Source: Phoronis australis (taxonomy: Eukaryota > Animalia > Phoronida). Taken from it: a stretch of DNA of 64,000 bases. This document shows positions 18,200 to 31,300 of the stretch, in pieces; the stretch's first letter is position 1, and every line of letters starts with the position of its first letter. Location of the stretch: contig NMRA01000271.1 in NCBI GenBank assembly GCA_002633005.1, positions 79,588 to 143,587 on the forward strand. The letters are read 5' to 3'. The notes beneath the pieces were generated by a model, which was not told the origin of the DNA, did not search any database, and was given only the letters and a program-made list of their open reading frames with translations. A program made the position numbers and the translations under genes.

Positions 18200-21100
18200 C
18201 ACCTTTGAGTGGTTTCACGTGTTTGAAAATTTACGACCAGTCAAAAGAAATGCTGTAGTAAGGCGCTGTTTCGGAACATCATGTCTCCTGTAGTCGGGGA
18301 CTCAGTTTTTTCAAAGTTAATCATTGGCTCATAGTGCGCAAATTTTCAAAAACGGTAGTAATGCCTGTAGACACCATTAAATTAGGCATTTCAGACAATA
18401 ATTGGAATTGTTAGCTCAAGATTGCTTTTGTCACGGCAGGTCGACTTGTCAACTACGCGCGGGTCGTGTCAACTGGATCACCGTAGTCTATCTTGTAGGG
18501 TGAATGAAATGTTATTGAAAAACATTGGCACACTTGTCAGACGGAAACTTTTTGGTCTGTAAACGAACATGACACGACCTATACATCTAGAAGTCGGTGT
18601 GCAGACTTTTCTGCATGTTCACTCCGACCCCGGGTGAGAACGTGACACATACGGGGTGTCAGAAAAATATTAACAATACTCTGAACTACGAAAACCAGAA
18701 AATGGTTTTACTAGGAGCAAGCGAAGTATTCGTGTTCCAGCAAAGACTGCCAACATGGAACGCCAACTCTGTATATTCTCAGTGCGTAAAAACTTCCGTA
18801 TAAGCAGATACCAAAAAATGGCCGCAACGTGACTATTTAACTGCGCCTGGTGTGATGAACGTTTTACTTTCGGCAACTGCGCAGTCACCAGGTGGCGATA
18901 ATGGCTCGACCACAAGTATACTCACAGACTTAGAACTATCAAACAACATGTCGTGGAATCGACATTTCGTGAGTACGCTCAAAAATAATTCGACAAAGAG
19001 ACAACGATTTAGGAGGGAGCGAAGCAGAAGAAATTAAGCCCAGATATCAAAAGCAGAAGTGATCGCTCGGCAATGCTTTTGATACCCGATATTTCATGAT
19101 AATGTCATGCTTTTTCGCCTGAATACACCGCATGGGAGATAATTGTGGACGTATCTGAGTAAGATAAAACACTCTAGTCTTGACTTACAAAGCAAATTGA
19201 CAACTACGTCTTCTGCTCACTAACCGGAAGGTGGGTTGTACGGATGGCAGAGAGTGGCGCTTCCTCAGGGAATTTATGTTGCGAATCTTATGTCTATGAT
19301 CTATGCTTGCAGGAATCCCATAGGCTCTATTACAAGGCATAGAAGTTACGAAAAATGCCACGTTTGACCGTTCTAATTGCAGAGCAACGATGAATGTTTT
19401 TTCAGACTCTACATAGCTGATTCGCTTACGCCCTTCGATTGCCGCTACATATAACGAGCTTTTCTCATTCACCTGCTGCCTCTAAATTCAAATCGAACGT
19501 AAATTTCATTGCAGGAAACATAGGAATAGTTCTTTAAAATTGTTCGCACATCCGCTTTGTAGAAAAATCTTCCGCTGTCTGCCCCAGAGTTACACAACAT
19601 CGGGTTGTGCTTGGAACCATGACTCAAAAATATTCTCTGCTGTGTCTGACTCACTTTCTTCTAATTTTTGCACTCTAGTACGATACAAAATAACAGATTC
19701 CTGGAAAACTTCACACCACAGTAAAACAATTGCCCTAGTACCATGTTGAAGTGCCTTTTTTCTGCAGTCTTTAAAGTGTTTTGCATATTGGCGCATGCGC
19801 CTGCGTTTCGCATATCAGCCCAGGTAATGTCTCTTGCAAAGGCCAATCCATTAATTCGCATAGAGGCGCACCCGTTTTCTTTAAAAAAAATGGCTTGCTT
19901 TTCATGAACAACATTTTTTCCTTATTGCCGCGCCTTTAGGCCCATGGACCTATATCCGAAAGAATGCCTTTTGTCGCGGTTCGCATATTGGCGCATGTGA
20001 ACAACTTTCGCATGTAAGCGCAGTTCTCCACAGACGCCCACGGGCCTATTGGTGCAGCAATACGGTATTCACAGTTTAGACGACGTCACTTGATGCAGGT
20101 GATACTCCGAGGCAGGAGCACAGACAAGTATCATGCCAAAGTGGGTTTTGAGTTTGGTTTCTTCGTTCCTGACTTTTCAGATCTTTGTGGGAACGAAGTC
20201 ATCGTCTTTCCTTACACGTGCAGTCTATATTTCCCAGTAAAGCTCCTACCTGCGAATGAATCAGTTTTCCGTAGTAACGCCAAATGATGTAACGTGATAC
20301 TTTTCACAAACTCGTGTCTTGAATTTGGAAAAAACACCGAACAGTCTCTGACTGCACGGTCATCGGGAAGCATTTGATGGTTAGGGAGTGAGTCTGTTCA
20401 ATTTTCAATAATTTTTATTTCTAAACAAAGTTTGCGGGTGGAAAGTTTCAGTAATTAATTGTTAATTAATTGATACTTACTAACACCCTGATTATTGGGG
20501 GAGGGGGGCGAAAAAAAAATCCGCCCCAACATTTTGTCAAGCCCCCCCCCCACCCAATCCCTGGGTGTCTGTCATATTAATCTGTGCCAAACAAAGCTTT
20601 ATGAGTTCGTGATACTAGCTCTTCCAAATTTTACATCGCAGCTGCATGTTATAAAGTGTTTGAAATCGGGAAATGTTTTATCGACACCCTGTATATGAAA
20701 TCGGGAAATGTTTTTATCTACAACCTGTATATAAATGACTCTAATATAACCAGATTTGTGTCACGCGCTAATTGGAATTCTAGTAGGTTTGCCTGTAATC
20801 CCAGAATTTCTGCGTAACGCCGAATATTATAACGATGATGACAGGGACTATTAAGTTGATTACGATGATAAAATGTTTAGGTTGATCTTTGCGAAATATT
20901 ACACCATGAGTTTACAATCGCAAATTTTACTTATGGAGCTCAAAACGATAACCGTCGCATCGAAATTGCCCTTGTTCTGCAATAGTTAATCAATTGGACA
21001 GTTGGCAATAAAGTCGAATTGTCCATTTGATCTGAGATCATTTCACTACAGTTGATCTGTGATATCTCGTACTAATGGTACAGCACTGACATCAATTCCA

Positions 21101-21351
21101 CAAATCTAATAGCCGACGAGTCATGAGCCAGAGGGATTTTTTACTTGTTTGCCTTTGTAGAAGTGCGAATTACATGCACTTGTGAGCTGTCATTAATTCC
21201 CTAGAAAGCGAGTAAGTGCCTATTTTTCTAAAAGTGGTGCCATTAAGAACCATTGTGGTTTTCAAATTAAACCATTTCCACACATTTTTGTGTTGGCAGT
21301 AAAATTTTTGAGAAATTGCTAGAGTTTGTTAAACGTTTGAACCTGATGTCA

Positions 21352-21940
21352 TGCCTGGCACTGATAGGGGGTCTTAACTCTGAAAGGTCGTTACTGAAGG
21401 ATCGTTACTCCGAAAAAAATAACGAGAGGTATTAATTCGAAGGGTTTTTACTCCGAAAGGCCTTTACTGCGAAGGGCCGTTACTCCAAAGGGTCGTAACA
21501 CAGACTGACCGTTATTTTGCGCACGTTTGTACCTTTAGCAATGTTGCCAATATTTCATGTCGTTTTGTGACCAAAAAGTAGGACAGTCCGGCTTCTAAAG
21601 CGGGACATTTTCAGTTAATTCAGTAATTAATCTCTAAAGATATCAGTTAATTGTATGGCGGAACACAACTTAAAAAGCATATAGCCTGTAAAAGCAGGAC
21701 TGTCCCACAAACGGAGTGACGGTCCGTCGGAGTATAGGCCCTTTGGAGTCAGGAAAACAGTTCATAACCAAGTTATTTCGGAGCAACAACCCTTCGGAGT
21801 AAGAGCCCAATACCTCCGACGTGTAAGTATGGCTTCCGAAGGGCCGATACTCCGAAAATAAAATCTTAGGAATAATGGCCCTTAAGAGTAACCTTGTCCG
21901 AGTAACAATCCTCCGCCTCGGCCCGACAGTACCGGGCACT
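21352..21940. mobile_element. Foldback-like element(s) with ~16-bp subterminal tandem units (gttactccgaagg)
   Basis: Repeated ggtcgttactccgaa units at 21370-21500 and inverted ttcggagtaa units at 21705-21910. Outer ends tgcctggcactg / cagtaccgggca. Confidence 0.6.
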
Positions 21941-24672
21941 TCGGGGGAACCGTCAACTTGTAAGTAAACAGTAAACTGCCAAAGAGATGACAGTTGGCTT
22001 TACACTAGCGCAGAGCACCCAAGACCGGTAGCCAGACAATCACAGGCAATTTGTTGCAGAACCACTGAGTCATACGTACACTAGATCCTTTGAATCATAC
22101 GCACAGCTAACCACCACATCATACCTACCAACCAAAAACCATACATACTAAACGGCGATATCAATTTTTCGAACAAAAGTCCCTGAGTTGCACAATCTTC
22201 GTCTGGATCCTTCATTTGCTCGAACTACATGAGGGGATGTACTTCTTTTTGTACGTCGGTTCGGACGTATGATGTTGCGGTCTGTATAATGCCAATGATA
22301 CACAACTTGTGTCATGGTTCTGATTCTGAGCCAGGTATGGCGCATGATTCGTATCATTGCGTGGCACTCTGAAAGAGATATTTACGGCCGAAAACGATTT
22401 TGGGGATTACTGATGGGCATGATAGAGTTCTTGAAGTTATTAACTTTGATCAGAGTTATAAAGAAGAAAATCCTTTGTGATTTTTGTGATTTTATTGCAA
22501 ATCGTCAATTCTCGCCGTTTTCTGCTAGACGTTCGCTAAAATCAAGGCCTGTGACTTTACCAGTTACTATACGGCTTTTAAAAAATACTCTGCGAGGAAT
22601 TGAGTTTATCCCCGCTTCCCTGAATGAGCAGAACGCTAGGAAGTCCAGGTTTGATTTCGCGCTGATGCAGGTCTCAGAAAATCACATTTCTCGTCCATAA
22701 TGTAACTTTAAAGGGCAATAAACTCTCAACTTCCGTCAAAAAGCAATTTTTAATTTGCGTCATTTTACTGTTGTGAAATCGGCCTCATCTTGCTCGTTAC
22801 TTTGATGGAAAACATTCCTAAGTTTGAGAAATGACTGGTCGATATTGCTTTAGACCAATCCTATGAGCTGTTTCAGGCAAGATTAGACAGTAATATTCAT
22901 AATTACTATTTCAAGCTATTGCAACTAATTTCAATTCAAATAAATAAGAACTCCACTAGAGATGTCGCTTTGGAAGAGCAAAAAAATCCAACGGAGAAAA
23001 TTGATGTTTATGTTGTGATTTGTATCGGCTATGAAATGTTTAGCAATGGGCTCACAAATTCATGCAAACAACTCGCATTTTAGTGAAACGGGCCCTTGAA
23101 GTTTTGTCAGACTTTATTTGCTCGCAGTTGAGACGAGTGGTCTCGTGTCGCCCTCTTTCGGAACGGATAGACTGACGCTACGGGGGATAAACCACTTCAG
23201 ATTTGGCAAATACTTAACTATATGTATTGTTATCGTACACGTTGAAAAGTTTATGATCTTAAACAACAGAAGTAGCAGGCGTTAGTCGAGGTGACACATC
23301 ATTTAATTTCACACTCTTAGAAAATAATATAAAATGCCTCACCGTAATAGAACAAATCACCTCATTGTGGTTTTTAATCTTTCAAAAGGTCAAAAGGGAC
23401 TTGATTGACACGTCTTTGTATTTAGCAAAATATCTACAATATTAGAGACTTTTATTCAGAAAGTAAAAAAGTCTTCATAATTTGATATTTAACAATATTT
23501 CATTAATTTGATCACTTAACCATGTATTTTTGGTATATTCATCAAAATAGAAAGGTGTATTGTAAGCAAAACAATGGTATCAGAAACATGACCAAATTTT
23601 TTTGTTTAAGATGACTGAAATCTCAAAAACACTGCTACAGTTTTCTAAATTATCATTTCGTTTTCGTTTTAATTTTTTTCATGAAAGTCATAAAATTCTT
23701 TTCATAGCCTTCAGGCCAAAGTGGAACGTTTTCAAAACAATTCTTAGAAATTTTTTGGAGAATGTTGCATAAAGCATGGTATAAGAAAGTTTCATGCGAA
23801 TCAAATCAGCCATGTGATGTTCCGAAGCAAGTCAAATTTGGACGTTTTTCCAGCGTCCTGCATAATCTCATGGGTAATCGTGAGAGAAGAAAGCATTTCT
23901 CTGACCCTTTGATACGACTACAGATCTTCCTAAGAATGCGTTATTCCTTTAACTATTTCACAGAAAAACACTTTACAAAATAGCCATCTACAATTTTTAC
24001 GAAACAGATTATTTCCATTTTTAAAGTTTCACCAAGTGCTGTTTGATGACCACGCCCCTATATCGTTTTTTTAATTTCATAAAAATAACAATTCGCCATA
24101 TGTTTTTGCTAAATAATTGAAGAGTGATTGTGGCAAGGCAATGAAAATGTGTACACATCTAACCGGTTATGTTTTTTCCATTATCTTGATACTTGTGCCG
24201 GAAGTGTTCCTTTGGGAGAACGTTCATGCGTGCATCGTGGGTTTGAGTTAACTCAGTTTAGCGACGAGTTTTCTAATAATCCCGAACATTCCTAAGAGAT
24301 TTCTGCCTCAAAGAAAACGCGCGTTGAACATTAACAAAAGTTGCCTTAAGGTAACAACAGGCGCATTTTACGTCGAATGAATTTGAATTAATGAGTATTT
24401 ACCCGTTCATTTCATTGATATGAAAATTGGCAATATTGCGTGCTCAAACCACCACTGGTGTTTTTAGTTGACTAGATGTACATGGACTGTCTTAGTCGGT
24501 TTTACGGTTATTTGATTGAAGATACTTTTCCTCTTCGTTGAGATAGAAGTTTCTGATTTTAACGCAAAAACAGTTCACTTCAAACGCAATGAAGCTTTCT
24601 CTCGAAGACTTGCCTGGACTCGCATATGTTTGCACAGGAGTTCCGAGTCTTGCGTCGACTGACCGTAGCCCA

Positions 24673-25242
24673 CAGATGTGCGTTCAGTAGCAGACACCAG
24701 AATCTTGCAAAAACGCTAGCCTAAATCATTTGCGCGATGTCGCCATGCACTAACAGTGAAGCTCGTTGTCACTATAGCTTCCTTCTCAAAATTCTTTCGT
24801 CCATGGAAAACACGCACGACAGTGTCTTGCACTCGCTGCGAAAAATCTTCGCTCATGGAACGGAAACACTGAAATCCTTCCGAAACTTTAACATTCCAAC
24901 TTCGCCTATCAGTCACTTCAGTGCAGTGGCCGCCATTTTGCTAAGATAGGTTAGTAAGCTCCTGAACATACTCGCGAAACACCCGGTTTTTCCTTGCGTG
25001 ATTCTGTGAGATCTTATTTTCTCGAGAGAAACTATATGGAACGCTCCCCTGCCTGATTTCCAGTTGTTGGCGCGTGCATCGATAAGGTCAAGGTCAGATA
25101 TATTCGACAAATCTGGTTCGAGTTCAATAACTCTCGCGGGGAGAAAAATCTAGCTAATCATGTACTTTTTGTGAAAACACATGACAATATCTCGCGGAAT
25201 CTCGCGAGATCTTGCTTATCTAGCGTTACTGAAGGCGACTTA
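24673..25242 (-). mobile_element. Longer member of the 40400/51184 MITE family
   Basis: Ends gtgcgttcagtag and ctagcgttactgaa, and internal caatatctcgcggaatctcgcgagatcttgctt, match the reverse complement of the 155-bp copies. Confidence 0.6.
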
Positions 25243-26177
25243 GTTGAGCGCTACGAAGCTCGTTCCTCGCTGTCATGAGGACGCGGTCGGCTTCGTGCAA
25301 TCATACCGTCAGTTTTCCACGCACTTGGCTGGCCTGTTGTTGTTCACTCTCGCGTTTAAAAAAGGCTTTAGAGACAAGAGAACACAACGCCAAAGCACAA
25401 TATTCAAATATGGCCACCACGTAATACCCAACAAAAAAGGAATTGGTAATGAAGAATATGGTCTGATCGTCTTTAATTAGACTCTGTAATCTTCATGAAT
25501 ACCCATTGAAACTGTGAATTACAATTCAGAGATATTCAAACGCCTTGAATACAACGTAAGGCTAAAACTGATGAAGCAATGCACAACAGTTGATCCACAC
25601 CGAAAGCATACCTGACTCGCCGTGTTAAAAAACTCAACTCAGTCTCCGTATATTTTTAGAAACTTCTTGAAACTGCTTTGAGGCGAGAGTTTGTAGAATA
25701 GCATTGTAACAGACCAAACAGTGAATGGTAATGTTATTTTAAGAATTGCGCCTTATATGTGGCTTTCCAACTAAACTTTTTTTATTCTGCAAATTTATTA
25801 TCTAGTTTGCGCACAGCAAGTACTTGTCACGTCAGCTTACTGTCAACGTCTGCTTGTTTTTGTTGTGCAGCTACTATGAGTAAATGAAAGACCAAATGTC
25901 AGCGTTTATAGGTTTTTGGTGTTGTCGTATATTTTCAATACTTTGTTCGTGGACACTGCTATATTTTGATTACACACCTACAAGCTGTATGTACATTTGA
26001 AGTTTGTGTGAAATCGAAACCGATGCAAAGTTTACGCAATACGCAATTTTCGGTTGGAGAAAATCGGTTAAGTATTTAGAACTACTGCTTGCACGCTCAC
26101 CGATGTCAATATTAACTGTTAAAGTTTATTTTTTTAAGAAATTTTGGACTTCGGGCCCCCGAAGTTAGCTTTAGTTT

Positions 26178-26293
26178 CTGGTTCAGAGATAGGCTATCTA
26201 TCTGGTCCAGAGATAGGCTATCTATCTCTGGTCCAGAGATAGGCTATCTTTCTCTGGTCCAGAGATAGGCTATCTATCTCTGGACCAGAGATA
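26178..26293. repeat. Tandem array of ~26-bp palindromic units
   Basis: About four copies of ccagagataggctatctatctctggt. Confidence 0.9.
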
Positions 26294-27679
26294 AGAAAAC
26301 CATCACCATCATCTAGGAAAAGGTGCTCACTTTTTAACTCTAAGCAGCTGTCCCTTCAATACCACCGTTCATTTGTATTTTTGTCGGTTATTAAGACAAA
26401 AAAGCGGTTTGAAAATCTAAGCTATTAATGCTTGACCCATTATTAATATAATTCATTTATTGTCATCTTCTTAACGGACAACGTTCATTGGAGTCCCTTG
26501 CGAAGAGCGAATAGTTTGAAAATTACGTTCAGGAATAAGGAATTCTAAGTTCTTTGCAAACTTAGAAATCACTTTTCATATAAGTAAGGCAAGTGTTGCA
26601 GCCACGTTTATGGTGGCGAGTGATCTAAATCCAAAGTGTGATACTTAGATGGAACGACGGAACAATGTGGATTTCTCAGAGATTGCTGATCGGATTCGTA
26701 TGAAACTTTCTGGAATGCTTCCTGTACTGTACTACAAAAAGATGTTAAGAATTGTCTTCAAAATGTTCAATTTGTGCATGAAGGGCTATCAAAAAAATAA
26801 GACTTTTATGAATTTCACGAAAAAAATAAAGAGTGCATGAAACGAAATCGAAAAGATTATTTATAAAACTGCAATAGCGTTTTTGAGGTTTCATCTTGAA
26901 GATTTGTATCAAATGAAATTTGGTCCGGTGTGTCATACCGTTTTTGTGCTATGAAAGTACCATTCTATTGGTATATATTACTAAAAACACATGGTCACGT
27001 GGCCCGATTTACGACATAACGGTATAAAGTCCAAAATTAAATTCTACAGACTTTGTGCTTTCAGAAAATATATACTTTCACTGCATTTGAATTTATAGTT
27101 TTGTAGATATTTGATATTGTCCGTTATGTTTCATTTTTTACCATCCATGAAAAAGGTCTTTACGGGGGTTCGTCCTATAGCACAGTCATTCGTAAGCAGG
27201 TAGAAGTGTTTCTTAACGTCGTGGTGTTAACTGCGGTGATTTTCTCGACTGGATGCCCGCGAGGTATAACAACTCCTGAACAATTTTAAAACTCCCTCAA
27301 ACATCGTTACACAACACAACAATAGCGCTAATTACCCGTGTAAGTTTTCACCAGTTAGCGACGTTTCTATGGTACAAAGAATACACCCATTATGGCATTA
27401 AATCGTTACACAGCATTGTCACTCTAGTTTAGGCCAATAAAACTTGACTGTCCCACTACAAAATATCCTCACCGCTTGGCCTAAGCTTCTTACCCCACAC
27501 ACTGGATAGCGGCGTGTTACCTAACAATACACGTATTATGTTTAATGAGGCAGAAACACAGTCACGACTCAATGAATGCCTAGATAATCCTCCGTAAGCG
27601 CTTTCAAGCGGTGCGCGGCAATTGAATGAACGTTTTCCACAGTGTGAATGACAGATTTTATGTCGCATTCTCGCACCTT

Positions 27680-27850
27680 GCCCCAGATGGACAGATGACA
27701 GCCAATGTCGCGGACTTGTTTAGACAGGATCTTTTGCGACTCCCTCATTGCCAGATATTGATGAGAATATTGAAAGTTGATTGGTCACGCGTCATACAGA
27801 AACTTTCGCAGTATATAAGATATCCGGCGTTCATTGAGGAGTCATTTAAT
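27680..27850 (+). promoter_or_regulatory. Putative chordin core promoter
   Basis: TATATAAG at 27812-27819, Inr-like TCATTT about 30 nt downstream (27842-27847), reverse CCAAT at 27780-27784, CCAAT at 27702-27706 and two CAGATG E-boxes (27684, 27692). About 350 nt upstream of the ATG. Confidence 0.55.
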
Positions 27851-28192
27851 TCGCGCGGAGCATTGTTTGCTAGTCACGTGGTTGGTACTTGAAGAAACTT
27901 GAATCGTCACTGCAGTCTACCGTGTGATCCGCGGATATCCAGTTGGCTATCCGGGAAGTCTTTCGAGGGGCGTGTTGTTACATTTAGTTGACTGTTTTGC
28001 TTAAACTCTGTAAATCACATATAACAAGACGTTTCAGGTTGTTGTGGCAATCGGAGGTTACTTAATTCTGAATTTATCGCCATTAACGATCAATTATAGT
28101 AAACTCGGCCAGGAGTGTTTGGAGAAAACTGCATTTTCTAGCGTGAGAGCGACAGATAAACAGAAAAGATCGGAACACTAGACTCCAGCAAA

Positions 28193-28304
28193 ATGACTCT
28201 GAGCGTAATAGCCGTTGTTTTGTGTTTTTCTCTTGACTTTTCATTCGCTAAATTCCCAATTCATGCCAGCAGAGACGCCAAGACACCGACGTACAGGACG
28301 CCAG
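28193..28304 (+). CDS. CHRD: chordin exon 1 (signal peptide)
   Basis: MTLSVIAVVLCFSLDFSFAKFPIHASRDAKTPTYRTP, donor gtaagt, phase 1. Confidence 0.82.
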
Positions 28305-31300
28305 GTAAGTGTTGAGAATTACGTGAAGACTTACCACTCTATTGTTCATCTTCGGTTAAATTATCCTCGTGTTAGAAACCGTATACCCAACCGGGCCATG
28401 CCTACAAAGACTGGTGGTATTCTTACCAAATTTCCATTAAAGTTTATTGAGATGCCAAGGTTGTGAACTCCTCATCGTCATACGCCTATTATTACGCAGC
28501 AGTTTTGATCGACTTCGTAATAAGAAAAAATGGCTGATGGCCAAGGTAAACTTGGGCAGTTCATGATTACGTTTTTGTAATCAGAACCCTGTTAACAGGA
28601 TAATGTCTATTGACATTATCCGAATAGCTCCCATGTTACCAAACTTTGAAGGGCAGACTATTTCGTGATCGATATGCGCAAAGCACAGCAAAATATATGC
28701 ATCGGCGCCTTTGACAAGCGAAATAGCTTAATTTACTTTAAGGTCAGATTGTGAGACCACATGAGCTTTTTCATGCCACTGTTCAGACGAACAGAGAATA
28801 GACTTCGTTTGAAGCTGATAACAATTAAACTGTTTTGTTAACCAGGTATTTTGTTACACGCAGGAGGGTATTTTGAGCCCTGGGCGTTTTGCACGTAGTC
28901 CCCAGGCCAGTGGCCGGAATCAACGTACTAATTATGAATTAGGGGTCATATTTATGAATCCTTGTTAGCTTTTTTGTAATAGCATCGTTCGAATGTCGCG
29001 CACATCTAGGAATTCACAACAAGAATTATATTTGACTGCTTGGTGTTAAAAGAAAACATCTATCTTAATTTGGATGCTAGAGACGTGCCTCTCAGCAATC
29101 GTGTCGGGTGGGTATTTTGACTTTGTGGCCTCAGGTAGGTATACAAGCAAAAACGATGTCAACCGGGGGCGACAAGAAATGGTTGTGACCCGGGGGTGGC
29201 CCCCAGGGAGAGCAGAATTTTCGTTGTTTATTTGAATAAGCGCTGGCTTACCCTATCAATTATGTGGAAAAAGCACTGTAGAACGAATACTGCCGCTATA
29301 CGTGATAAACATAAAAAATAATTTATTTGTTCAATGTGGTGCTTTATTGTTTCTTTGATTTATAACTTCGTATGTAGAGCGAAATTCTCCGATTGAAAAA
29401 TACGTCGTCAAATTCGTCCATCTTTTGGACGTCTTCTCGATTGTCAGTAGCCCGCTGAATCTGTCCGTAGTTAAATTTTGGCACTCGCACAATGATGACG
29501 AAGTTATCCACTGTGTGTTGTCATATTATCATTAATCGAATGACTTTTATTGAAAAGCATTGCTTTCAATAAAACATACGCGACGTTCGTCACCATTGAC
29601 AGGTTGTTTTATTCACGAATGACTTGGCCATTCGTGGCTGTTAACAAGTATTTACAGACTAAACAATGAAAACTCGCCCTGTGCACGTTTGGCAACAAGA
29701 AACCAAAAAGGAATGCGATGGACCTTCATTGAGTGAAGATGTCGCCTCAGCACAGGTTGAAGCTGCGTCATAGACCGCGACACGCATCTGTTTCGAATAT
29801 AAACAGGGGAGAATGGTCGTGCAATTGACACCTTAGGTGTGCTAACAGCGCTTGTAATGGTCCTTGTTTAGATATTAGCATTCAAGAACCTTGTTAAACA
29901 TTTATCGATTAGTACGAATATTTACTTGGAAATGGTATTTGGGGCGGATGAAGGCAAATTAATCCTTACATTGTTAATTCCATCACGGCACGTTGTCTAT
30001 GGCCGTTCACCGAAACTTGCCGCAAAGCCAAAACCAGACAGAACTTTTGTTTGTGCCAGATTTTGTTTTCTTTAGAGGATTAAAATTTTTGTAACCCCAG
30101 CAAGGTTCTAAGAATATTTGCGGGCAAAGCGAGAAACGCCTTGGGTTGGCCACGGATAAAACAAAAAAATGAACGATAATTTCAGTTTCAAGTTGTATGA
30201 TCATTTGTGAGATATTGACAGAGACTTGCTTCATTGGAAATGTCCGTGTTGTACTTTTGGCGCTTGTTCACGATCAAGAATTTCAAACATGTCGGTCCTG
30301 GGTTCTCGATAAACTAGTTGGAGATGTTCTCAGCCAATCTAAACAGCTTAAACGCAGCGATCTCCGTTCGCATGGCAGTTACAACTTCACATGTCTGAGG
30401 AACGCTTCACACTTGTTATTACGTATATCTAATTAGACCAGTCCAACTGGCTAATTGCCACTTACGTGAGTACCTGTTCCTCGTTTTAGGAAACCAGTCT
30501 GTCAGTTTGCTACTTCAGAAATTGGTGAAATATGCTTGGGCAATAAAGTACTTTGGTCGTAGCCTCGAGCACATTTTTGTACGCGAACCCATCAGTTTAA
30601 ATCGCCTGCGCACATACCAGTTGGGTTGGGGGAATTAATAAAGTTACTGATCAGGTAGGCTGTAACAATATCGCGTTCCCATCAGACAAAAAAGCTTCAA
30701 TTACAAAGTCGCGCGTGCTGTTTTTTTAAGAAAACATGGCTTTATAGCCCCACTAAACGCATAAACATATTGCAAATGATCCGGTTGTTAGTGGGTTGAG
30801 GCTCCAGCCATCTGCTGGTATCGACAGGAACATGCTCTCACAGCGTTTTGGTGGCTGGCGAAGAGAAGTACTTAACCATTTTTAGCCAATGTATTTTTTA
30901 ACCGCAGGTTGCAAGTTGGGCGCGGAATTCTATCCTCTGGAACGAACATGGAGCCCGGAAATGGAACAGATTGAAGGCAAACTTCATTGTGTACAGTGCG
31001 TTTGTCTACCGGTAGGTGGTGAACGAACGAGCAGATGTCTCGCGAAGATTCACGTGAAATGATGTTGTTGGATATCTCCCTGATTACCTTTTCACTCGCG
31101 TTTTTACGCGATTTAATCGATTTCCAATAATACATCTGGTCTTCTTATCACTGTTTGTTTGTATTTCTGTGGGTTTTTAACGTCCAAGATGAAAACATTT
31201 CACGCTTTAATGGACGTTTTGCAAACTTCGGCCCGCCTTCTTGTGCTCTTTAAGAAATTTAAAAAACAATGGTTGGAAAATTGCTCACGTAAAAACGTTC

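Noticed and set aside
26178-26293. CRISPR-like palindromic repeats
   Set aside because: The units are directly adjacent with no unique spacers, there are no cas genes, and the context is eukaryotic.
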